Shown here: one piece after another, positions 29,867 through 37,971 of the stretch
Layout of the letters: each line of letters starts with the position of its first letter
Position numbering within the stretch: position 1 is the first letter of the stretch
NCBI GenBank assembly: GCA_033977065.1
Contig: JAXCHI010000002.1
Coordinates: 207,233-271,232 of the forward strand
DNA from: Candidatus Algichlamydia australiensis
GTDB lineage: Bacteria > Chlamydiota > Chlamydiia > Chlamydiales > JAJFMI01
Reading direction: 5' to 3'
Length of the DNA stretch: 64,000 bases
Notes under the pieces: generated by a model
Told to the model about the DNA's origin: nothing
The model's input: only the letters and a program-made list of their open reading frames with translations
Databases searched by the model: none
Made by a program: the position numbers and the translations under genes

Positions 29867-30829
29867 CTAATCAAGTCTTGTGATTGTGATAACAAGGGCC
29901 TCTTTTGCTTGGTAGTAGGAGCAATGGGGAGAGGGAGTAATGGGTATGAGTTTTTCTTTGTAGTCGAGGTGAGGATTTTCAATAATTGTTTTTGTGAATT
30001 TGGGGTCTTCGTATTTCGAGGTGGGGTCTTCAAGAAAACAGGAGATTTTCGAGCCTTTGTGGGTGTGATTATCGAGAACAATTTTGAGAAAGCTGAGGAA
30101 GCGGTCATGGCTATTGCGAAAGGGGCACGCCTCTGTACGGTTTTTTTCTTCAAACTCTTTGACGGCCTCTTGTGTGATCAATTCTTGTTTAAGGAGTCTG
30201 TCAAGGACTTGTGCTTGCTGATCGGAGGTAATTTGTCCGCGCTTGTGTAGGTCTGAAAAGAATTTAAGAAAGTGGTTGGGATTGATCAGTCGGCTTTTAG
30301 ACATTTTTGTGAAGAAAAAGTCGAGGTCTTCATCAGAGTAGCGCTTCGATTGCATCTCAGAGAATTGTGCGTTCACAGATGAGAGAAGTTTTTTTCCTTT
30401 AGAAAGGATGGGGATAGCGCGCTTTTTTGCCTTTTGTTGCTCCTTCACCTCTTTTTCGCTCTCTAATGGATAGTCATCAAAAAAAATGACATCAAAAGTG
30501 CCAAGATTTTTTAGAGCATTTTGCCAAGTATCATGGATCAAGTTGACGTTAGCTCGATTTTCCGCCCATTTTTTTGCATGAGCTACAACGGTAGGGTGAT
30601 ACTCAATAATTGTATGGGAATCAAGAGGATAACTTTGGAATTGGGCAGCGCTATAGCCGCAACCAAAACCAATTTCAAGGACTTTTCCCGAAGGAGTAAG
30701 CGCATCGACACACGCTTTCATGTAGGGTTTTTCCCACTCCATCATGACTTGAAATTTTCCGTCCTTAAGTAGCAGTTCTTTACCATCAAGGTCTTTTGTG
30801 AACTCGAGTGTACAAGTATTTGATTCCAT
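29867..30829 (-). CDS. GAMT/RMT2-like SAM-dependent methyltransferase with a large internal insertion
   Basis: MMEWEKPYM..., VLEIGFGCGYSAAQ, HTIIEYHP, FDVIFFDDYPLSE-like (FDVIFFDDYPLESE) and a C-terminal PSPHCSYY. These parallel guanidinoacetate N-methyltransferase motifs as I recall them. A Lys-rich insertion of about 110 aa follows DDYPLESE. Confidence 0.6.
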   Translation of the reverse strand: MESNTCTLEFTKDLDGKELLLKDGKFQVMMEWEKPYMKACVDALTPSGKVLEIGFGCGYSAAQFQSYPLDSHTIIEYHPTVVAHAKKWAENRANVNLIHDTWQNALKNLGTFDVIFFDDYPLESEKEVKEQQKAKKRAIPILSKGKKLLSSVNAQFSEMQSKRYSDEDLDFFFTKMSKSRLINPNHFLKFFSDLHKRGQITSDQQAQVLDRLLKQELITQEAVKEFEEKNRTEACPFRNSHDRFLSFLKIVLDNHTHKGSKISCFLEDPTSKYEDPKFTKTIIENPHLDYKEKLIPITPSPHCSYYQAKEALVITITRLD

Positions 30830-30930
30830 GTACTTTACTATATTTGTTTTCTGAATTTAATTCTATAGAAAATCTTTTGCATAAAAAATAAATTAACAGT
30901 ATATGAAAAACAGAGATATAATTTTATTAA

Positions 30931-32133
30931 ATGAGACGTTTTAGTTTTATATTATTACTAACCGCTGCTGTTTCTTTATCAGCATCGCTTCCTATCATCA
31001 ACTTAAAAGAGGGTGAGGTGATCTCTCTTGTTAATGGGAGGAATGGCTCTTTTTCACGCACAGATAGTATTCCCCAAGAGCACCTTGATGAGCAGAGTGA
31101 CGCTTATCTAGAAGGATACATTCAAGCGATGATTGATGCGACCTACTACGAAATGCATGTACTTGTCTACGTGAAAGATCGCAGTGTAATTCTCTATAAT
31201 CTACCTGATAATATTATGTTAAAAAATAGTATTATGAGTTTTGTGGAAGAGATTCCTGAGGTGGAGTCTGTTGAGGCTGCTGAGGTCCTTCCAAAAGATG
31301 TAGCACTGGAGATTGAAGAGACGACTGTACGTCCTCAGCTGCACGGTGTCTGGTTCCCACAAAATACGGTTTTATTTCAGCCAATACTAGGAGATCCATG
31401 GGAGCCGATGTACTCTGTTTCCTATCGTTGGGGCGACTTACTAGGGGCAAAAGCAGTCGCTGTTTCCTACGGTGATGATTTTCCCATCTTTCGCTGGTTC
31501 GATGTTTGGAAATGGCATGGCGATTTACAATTTGGGATTACTGCAGGTGTCTGGTCGGTTTTTAAAATGAATGCACAAACAGGAGACGCATTTTCTGAGC
31601 TTGTCAATACCGATTACTTGATTGGTCCAACTCTCTCTTATGCTGTAGATAAATGGGCGTTTCGTTTTCGTCTCTATCATATTTCCTCCCATCTCGGCGA
31701 TGAGTTTATGTTCAACCACCCCAATTTTGACCGCGTCAATCCCAGCATGGAAGCGATCGACTTTTTCTCTTCCTGCCAATTGACGGAGGCCGTCCGCTTT
31801 TACTTCGGTCCGGGTTGGGTTTTCCACAGCGATAACTCTTTCCCTATCGATCCTTTCTATGTAGAGTACGGATCGGAGATACGCTTTTTTGGTCACAAAT
31901 ATTTTTACCACCAGCTCTACGGCAATATGCTCTTCTTCGTCAACTTTCGTAACTGGCAAGAGAACGACTGGGAGTTCGATAGTACGGTCTTCTTCGGTTA
32001 CGAATTCTCAAAAATGCAGGGTGTCGGCCGCAAAATCCGTATCGGTGCGCTCTACCATAATGGGTACTCTGAGGGGCAGTTTTTTAAACAGCGCACGGGC
32101 TACATAGCTTTGAAGCTCTCCTGGGGCTTCTAA
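30931..32133 (+). CDS. exported protein, probable outer-membrane protein (DUF1207-like C-terminal domain)
   Basis: Signal peptide MRRFSFILLLTAAVSLSA, a BON-like N-terminal segment, LFQPILGDPWEP, an aromatic-rich beta-strand-like C-terminal half, and a terminal ...LSWGF (C-terminal Phe). Confidence 0.55.
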   Translation: MRRFSFILLLTAAVSLSASLPIINLKEGEVISLVNGRNGSFSRTDSIPQEHLDEQSDAYLEGYIQAMIDATYYEMHVLVYVKDRSVILYNLPDNIMLKNSIMSFVEEIPEVESVEAAEVLPKDVALEIEETTVRPQLHGVWFPQNTVLFQPILGDPWEPMYSVSYRWGDLLGAKAVAVSYGDDFPIFRWFDVWKWHGDLQFGITAGVWSVFKMNAQTGDAFSELVNTDYLIGPTLSYAVDKWAFRFRLYHISSHLGDEFMFNHPNFDRVNPSMEAIDFFSSCQLTEAVRFYFGPGWVFHSDNSFPIDPFYVEYGSEIRFFGHKYFYHQLYGNMLFFVNFRNWQENDWEFDSTVFFGYEFSKMQGVGRKIRIGALYHNGYSEGQFFKQRTGYIALKLSWGF

Positions 32134-32156
32134 TTATTTGAGCTCCGCCTCGCTTC

Positions 32157-32260
32157 GCCAAATGCGAAAAGAGCCTCTGTGCCGTGTTATTCACACTGTC
32201 ACAGAGGCTCTTTTCGCATTTGGCTTTGCGACGAAACCTGGTTTTCTGCGGAAAACCAGG
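32157..32260. repeat. perfect 25-bp-stem hairpin plus a second 10-bp-stem hairpin (repeat-family member and likely terminator)
   Basis: gccaaatgcgaaaagagcctctgtg (32157-32181) pairs perfectly with cacagaggctcttttcgcatttggc (32200-32224), leaving an 18-nt loop. Next comes cctggttttc-tgcg-gaaaaccagg (32237-32260). Confidence 0.75.
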
Positions 32261-32474
32261 CGAAGCTCTCGGCTACTGTACTAGCGCATTTTGTATAGAA
32301 TCCCTCAAATCCAGAAATCCGGGAAACTACTCTTTTCGCTGTTACGGATTACTGTGCGAAACTTTCGACTACGGCACCAGTTTGTTTTTTTTAAACCTGA
32401 GATGGTATCTTCAAATTGGCTGTTTTTTTTAATTAACTATTAAAAATTAATGTTACAGATTGCTGCTCTTTAAT

Positions 32475-34589
32475 TTAAAGGTTTTTGGCAATGGCAAAGC
32501 CGTGCGGATAGCTCGGACCTTCTGGGCCAATTGGCAGCTGTCCCGAGAAATACTTTTGGTAGACGTGCAGGCCTTCTATGGCATTTTCTATGCAGTAAAA
32601 ACAGTTTGAGATCCACTCCGATCCTTTAATCGTTCCGCTCGTAAGATTTTGATTGAAGCGCGAGGTAATTTTATTTTTCCAGTAGTTGGGCTCTCCAAAG
32701 AGAAGGATAGGGGTGGGATCACAGACGCCTGTCTTGCGGCGCGCTTCTTCTAGGGCGAGTTCAAAGTCAGAGCCGATGCCTCCTTCAAGAATAATGGGCA
32801 GGTCGAGATGGAATTCTGCTTGTCTTTCAACAAGGCGATCGAGGCGGTAGGTCATTTTTGCTTCAATGTACGGGTTTTGCTCTTGTTCAGCGAGGCCGGC
32901 TGGTGTTCCTTTTGAAAAATCTACGATGTTTGCACAAGAGAGGATCCCTGCTTGTTTTGCGACGCGGTTTCCTATTTTCATAGCACCAGGGCCGCCTCCT
33001 GTAACAAGAGCAAGGGGAGTTTTAGGGTTGAGAAGGGGGTGAGTAAACTCTTTTCTCATCGCTTTTAGCCCTTTGAGGAGTGTATAGAGTTCAGTAGAAA
33101 ATTCTTCATCCGCAAAGATGGAGCCGTAGATGCCAACGAGGGTAGCATTGACAAAGTAGGGAATACGGTTTAGCGGGACAAATAGCCCAGAGTCTTTTCC
33201 CGGTTTTGGCGTATATTGCAGGATTTTTTTTGCGCTCTTATCGATCCAATAGACAGGGATACCAAACTTAGAGAGGTCGAAGAGAAAGGCGCGGTCTTCA
33301 TGAGAAAAGAACTCTCCGTTGGTAAGGGAGGGGATTTCAAAGTAGAGACCTTTGAGCATACGCTGCACTTTTTCGCTCAAGAACATGCGTTTCATCACAG
33401 GCGAGGGAAAATGGCGCGTAAGAAGGATGCCTTCTGAGGTAATCAAGCCGTTTTGAATCGCTTTGAGGAAGGGGTAGGAGGGCTGTTGTTGTATGTAACG
33501 GTCTACAAGCTCACGCTGGAGGTGAAGATCAGAGAGTCCAGGAAAATCTTTTCGTTCAGCATCAATAGAGATCCATGATGTCGCGTCTAAATTTTTGAGT
33601 TGCTCGTTTTTTACAACAAAAGTGGCAGCGCGATGGTGAGAGGGTTTTGGAGAGGTGCTAATGGCTGTAAAGAGGTGCTCTTGATTTTCGATCGCCTCTT
33701 GCAGTTGATCGCGATCAGAGAAAAAAACGTGCTCTTTGTAGGGTTCGAGAGTGTAAAACTCTAGAGGGATTGAGGTGAGTTCTTCGCTGCTTTCACCAGA
33801 AAATTCGTAGATATCTCCAGACGCTTCAGTATTGGGTTGTAAGATAGAACTTGAGAGATGAGAAAAACCCTTAGGGAGGTTGTCGGAGACTCGCGCAAAA
33901 ACGGTTCGGATGTGGAGGGGTTCTGTGCGGACAATCAAGCAGCGATTTTTTTCAACGCTGCGTTTTTGATTCGGTGTTTGGACTTGGTGAAAGCGGAGAA
34001 GTTCTCTGAGAGAGAGTTGCGGGTTTTTTAGGGCTTTAGCAACTGTTGGTAAAAGGCCAAAGATTTCCTCTTTGTAAGTATAGGAGTGAGGGAGGAGGGG
34101 GAGATGAGCAATGATACGGGTACTCTCTTTTTCAAATTGCAAATTTTCTGGATGGCCAAATGCTAAAAGCGGATCTCCTTTCTCATCGGATCGTCCAAAC
34201 ATTCGTGTTAAGTAGTCAGGGTTTTTTACGATGCGACGCTCATCTTTTGCAAACAGTTTCCCGATAAAGCTGCCTTTTTCAATAAGCTCGAGAAAGGATT
34301 TGCCAAGAGGATCGATGGCAACCAATTGTACGCTACAATGGGCTCTACGCCTATTTTCATCGAGTTCAAAGTCTTGCAAAAAAGCGTCTATGCCAAGTTG
34401 TCCAAGAGTGCTCTTGAGATTGAAAATGATATCTTGCTTATCGAGAGAGAATCCCACAAAAAAAGAGGGGATATTTTCAATAAGGATTTCGCAGTTGCGA
34501 AAAGTTTGTTCTATTGGGGAAATTTTTGTTATTTTCCCATCCGGTGTTGTGAGATCAAAAGCTTTTAAATGAAGTTTTTCTAATAGCAT
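32475..34589 (-). CDS. large protein with a C-terminal LOG/PpnN-like (TIGR00730-type) domain and an uncharacterised N-terminal region of about 470 aa
   Basis: 704-aa ORF. VGIYGS, LVTGGGPGAMKIGN and PIILEGGIGSDFELALEE (a degenerate PGGxGTxEE) parallel LOG-family motifs. No TM segments or signal peptide. Confidence 0.65.
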   Translation of the reverse strand: MLLEKLHLKAFDLTTPDGKITKISPIEQTFRNCEILIENIPSFFVGFSLDKQDIIFNLKSTLGQLGIDAFLQDFELDENRRRAHCSVQLVAIDPLGKSFLELIEKGSFIGKLFAKDERRIVKNPDYLTRMFGRSDEKGDPLLAFGHPENLQFEKESTRIIAHLPLLPHSYTYKEEIFGLLPTVAKALKNPQLSLRELLRFHQVQTPNQKRSVEKNRCLIVRTEPLHIRTVFARVSDNLPKGFSHLSSSILQPNTEASGDIYEFSGESSEELTSIPLEFYTLEPYKEHVFFSDRDQLQEAIENQEHLFTAISTSPKPSHHRAATFVVKNEQLKNLDATSWISIDAERKDFPGLSDLHLQRELVDRYIQQQPSYPFLKAIQNGLITSEGILLTRHFPSPVMKRMFLSEKVQRMLKGLYFEIPSLTNGEFFSHEDRAFLFDLSKFGIPVYWIDKSAKKILQYTPKPGKDSGLFVPLNRIPYFVNATLVGIYGSIFADEEFSTELYTLLKGLKAMRKEFTHPLLNPKTPLALVTGGGPGAMKIGNRVAKQAGILSCANIVDFSKGTPAGLAEQEQNPYIEAKMTYRLDRLVERQAEFHLDLPIILEGGIGSDFELALEEARRKTGVCDPTPILLFGEPNYWKNKITSRFNQNLTSGTIKGSEWISNCFYCIENAIEGLHVYQKYFSGQLPIGPEGPSYPHGFAIAKNL

Positions 34590-34789
34590 TTTAAATTGTG
34601 GAAAATTTGTTTAAGAGTATTGATAAAGAGGGGGTTCCGGCCTTATTTAAAGAAAATGTAAAGATTTGTAAAATGCTGTAAGTCAACGTCTTATGATCTT
34701 GGTTTTTCTTTGTCACCAAACTAGGTAATCCTTTGTTCATATCTTCCCTACTTGTTACATAACGAATTCTCTGATAAAATTCCTCAACT

Positions 34790-35659
34790 ATGGCGAAAAG
34801 AAGTTGCGCCGTCCATGACGGCACCTTTCATGCGGACGAAGTAACAGCTTGTGCTTTGCTCGTTATTTTCGATCAAATCGATCGAAACTCTATCTATCGG
34901 ACACGCGATCCAAAAATTTTAAGTAGCTGCGAATACGTTTGCGATGTAGGAGGAGTCTATGATTCTACAAAGCGGCGCTTTGACCATCATCAGGTTGAGT
35001 ATTCTGGCCCTTTGAGTAGCGCGGGAATGGTTTTACTCCATCTGCTCAATCAAAAAATCATCACGCAAAAGCTTTATGATTATCTCAATCGCTCCTTGAT
35101 TATGGGAATTGATGCGCTTGATAACGGTCTTGTGACGCCTCAAGTAGGACACTGCTCTTTCTCAGCTGTCATTTCAAACTTTGTGCCTGTTCATCACGAC
35201 GTCGATGTAAAAACAATGGAGAAGGCGTTTTTTCAAGCGATGGATTTTGTCCACAGTCACTTGCAGAGGTTGCTCGAGCGCTTCGAATATATTTTTTCTT
35301 GTAAAGGAGAAGTAGAAAAGGCGATGCAGGAGGGGAGAGACTGCCTCTTTTTTGAGAAATCGATTCCGTGGATGGACGCTTTTTTTGAGCTTGGTGGAGA
35401 GGATCATCCTGCTCTATTTGTTGTTATGCCAACAGGCGATCACTGGAAGCTGCGCGGCATTCCTCCCTCGATGCGAAAAAGGATGCAAGTGCGCCAACCT
35501 CTGCCAAAAAGATGGGCAGGACTATTAGAGAATGAATTAAAAAAAGTCTCTGGTATACCTGGGGCCATCTTTTGTCATAAGGGCCGCTTTATCTCAGTGT
35601 GGGAGACAAAAGAAGATGTGATGAAAGCGTTGGAGTATGTATTAAAAAAAGGGAAATGA
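34790..35659 (+). CDS. MYG1/UPF0160 family metal-dependent hydrolase
   Basis: N-terminal HDGTFHADEVTACALL and FDHHQ motifs. 289 aa. Confidence 0.85.
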   Translation: MAKRSCAVHDGTFHADEVTACALLVIFDQIDRNSIYRTRDPKILSSCEYVCDVGGVYDSTKRRFDHHQVEYSGPLSSAGMVLLHLLNQKIITQKLYDYLNRSLIMGIDALDNGLVTPQVGHCSFSAVISNFVPVHHDVDVKTMEKAFFQAMDFVHSHLQRLLERFEYIFSCKGEVEKAMQEGRDCLFFEKSIPWMDAFFELGGEDHPALFVVMPTGDHWKLRGIPPSMRKRMQVRQPLPKRWAGLLENELKKVSGIPGAIFCHKGRFISVWETKEDVMKALEYVLKKGK

Positions 35660-35991
35660 GTACAATTTTTGGAAAAATTATTGCAGGAGAGTTGCCTGCA
35701 GAAAAAGTTTTTGAAAACGAGCGTTTCATCGCAATTAAAGATATTGCACCAAAGGCGCCTGTTCATCTCCTTATTATCCCGAAAAAAGAGGTAGCAAATT
35801 TTCAAGAGATTGAGAAAACAGATCTCCAATTTCTCTCTGAAGCGGCAGAGATTGCGCAGAAATTGGCGGAGGAATTTGGGGTAGAGAAGGGATACCGCTT
35901 TTTAACAAATATAGGCTCAGATGCAGGCCAGACAGTCTTTCATCTCCATTTTCACCTCATTGGAGGAAAGACTTTAGGAGATATCGCCTAA
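35656..35991 (+). CDS. HIT (histidine triad) family protein
   Basis: MSTIFGKIIAGELPAEKVFE.. and the histidine triad HLHFHLIGG. Its ATG overlaps the MYG1 stop (ATGA). Confidence 0.85.
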   Translation: MSTIFGKIIAGELPAEKVFENERFIAIKDIAPKAPVHLLIIPKKEVANFQEIEKTDLQFLSEAAEIAQKLAEEFGVEKGYRFLTNIGSDAGQTVFHLHFHLIGGKTLGDIA

Positions 35992-37731
35992 GTGATAAGG
36001 GTGCTTCTTTTTTTAGTACCCGCAATGCTCCTTGCTAAACACTCGATTCTTCTTCCTACTGAGGAGGAACTTGCCCACAAAATAGAAGATCACTTTATTC
36101 TTGAAGATTATGCAAGAGCAGAAGAGTTACTCAAATGGGGGTATGCGCACTATTCTGATTCTCTTATTTTAAAAAAGTTAGAACTTAAGCAACTCTCTCG
36201 TACAGGAAGGCAGAGAGAGGCGTTAGAAATTTGGAAGAAGATGCCTCTTCTTCCCGATAAAGAGCGGCGTCATCTACTTGAAGAGCTTGCTTGGGGGACC
36301 CTTGTAAAGGGGGAGGATTCGCAACAGTTTCCCTCGCGCTACTTTGCGCTTTTGGGAGCCTTTTTTACAAGAGATGCGCGCGCCACATTTTATCTGCAAA
36401 GAGCTCTACGCTCTTCAAACGCAGCCCTACGCTCAATTGCAGTTCAGATGGTAGCAGATTACCGCGATCCAGTTCTCATTGATGAGATCATTGAGATGAT
36501 CGAATCGGAGAGAAATCAAAATGTGCGTTATGCATTGATGCAGACGGTTGGTCGTTTAAAGATCTACTCGGTTTCTCAGAAGCTTGAGCAACTACTCGAT
36601 GGAGCAAGAGAGGATCTGCGCATGCGTGGATTCATTACTGAAGCGCTTGTCCACCTCTATGAAGATTTATCTCAAGAGAGACTTTACGCTCTTCTCAATT
36701 CCCCTCGAACTGCAATGCGCTATCTAGGAGCACGCCTTATTGCCTATCTTGATCGCAGTGAAGAGATACCTAAGCTAATCGATCTTCTAGATGATCCTTC
36801 TATTGACATACGTGTTATCGCGCTCTGCTCTCTGGGCGAGTTTTCTAATAAAACCTTACAAGACCAAAAACAACTTCGCGATAAACTTCTTCTCTTTAGT
36901 GTCGATACAAACCCGCACCTTGCATTAACCGCATCTTGGTTACTTCTGCGTACGGATCCTGTTGCAGCGCAAGCTCCTTTACACAAACTCCTCTATGAGT
37001 CTCATCAAAAGATTCGCCTTCTTGCTACAAGCGCCATTACAATTGCAGGAGAAGCGGGCTTACCACTTCTTCGTGAAGCGCTCTATAATAGTCCCGATGA
37101 ATATGTGCGACTTAACAGCGCAAACGGGCTTCTCTCGCTTCGTGAAGAGACAAAAACAGCAAAAGATGAAATTAGCCATTTTCTCCATAAACAGACCGAT
37201 CAAATCATGATCGATCGCTACAGCCACCCGATCTTTTCGCCTATCGCCCCATCGCTTGTGCGCCACTCTGTACAAGTCGCACGGCGTCCAGAGATGGTCG
37301 ATCATCAGACACGCCTCTCTCTTATCTCTCTCCTTGCTATCGTCAACGATCCTCGTGCCGAATCTCTCATCAAAGAATTTCTTCTCTCGCAAAACCTCAA
37401 TATTGGCATGACTGCAACTGTAACGCTGATGAAAGAGGGGAGCAACGAAGGGCTAGAGCTTATCCGTAACTTTCTTCACGACTCCAACCCAAAGCTTCGG
37501 CTGCAAGCAGCTCTCGCTCTTGCCTTCCTCTGGCAAGATCCAGCAGCCCTTTCTGTACTCACCAGCCTTTATGAAAAAGTTCCTTACGAAACCAAACTTG
37601 TCATCCTCGAGGCAGTCGCCGGAATCGGCGGCATGGCCCAAATCCCTTTTCTCCTCGAGCGACTTGAAGAACCTTTCCTCGTTCTACGTATCGCAGCAAG
37701 TTCTGCTCTCATCCAAGCGCTCCACCATTAG
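35992..37731 (+). CDS. HEAT-repeat protein with signal-like N-terminus
   Basis: 579-aa ORF with a GTG start immediately after the HIT stop. Repeated units of DP/NPxxR-xxA-xxLG type (NVRYALMQTVGRL, DPSIDIRVIALCSLG, NPKLRLQAALALAFL). Confidence 0.7.
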   Translation: MIRVLLFLVPAMLLAKHSILLPTEEELAHKIEDHFILEDYARAEELLKWGYAHYSDSLILKKLELKQLSRTGRQREALEIWKKMPLLPDKERRHLLEELAWGTLVKGEDSQQFPSRYFALLGAFFTRDARATFYLQRALRSSNAALRSIAVQMVADYRDPVLIDEIIEMIESERNQNVRYALMQTVGRLKIYSVSQKLEQLLDGAREDLRMRGFITEALVHLYEDLSQERLYALLNSPRTAMRYLGARLIAYLDRSEEIPKLIDLLDDPSIDIRVIALCSLGEFSNKTLQDQKQLRDKLLLFSVDTNPHLALTASWLLLRTDPVAAQAPLHKLLYESHQKIRLLATSAITIAGEAGLPLLREALYNSPDEYVRLNSANGLLSLREETKTAKDEISHFLHKQTDQIMIDRYSHPIFSPIAPSLVRHSVQVARRPEMVDHQTRLSLISLLAIVNDPRAESLIKEFLLSQNLNIGMTATVTLMKEGSNEGLELIRNFLHDSNPKLRLQAALALAFLWQDPAALSVLTSLYEKVPYETKLVILEAVAGIGGMAQIPFLLERLEEPFLVLRIAASSALIQALHH

Positions 37732-37891
37732 ATAGCGTCGTCAAAAGCATACAACCATCTTATTTTTCATGTTTGGGCTCCATTTTTGTGCTCAAATGAA
37801 GCGGAATTTACAAATTCAGCTTCAATTTCCGCACAAAAATAAGCTGCAAACATGAAAAATAATCTGATTATAGCCTTTTGACGACACTATC
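37731..37891. mobile_element. 161-bp MITE-like palindromic element, copy 2 (inverted relative to copy 1)
   Basis: 159/161 identical to the reverse complement of 22283-22443. Flanked by TA on both sides. Its first base completes the TAG stop of the HEAT-repeat gene. Confidence 0.8.
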
Positions 37892-37971
37892 TAAAATAAA
37901 GGTTGTAATTTTATCAAATCTTAATATTTGCTATGCTGAAGCAATCTTTAAAATAGTATTGGTGAATTTCA

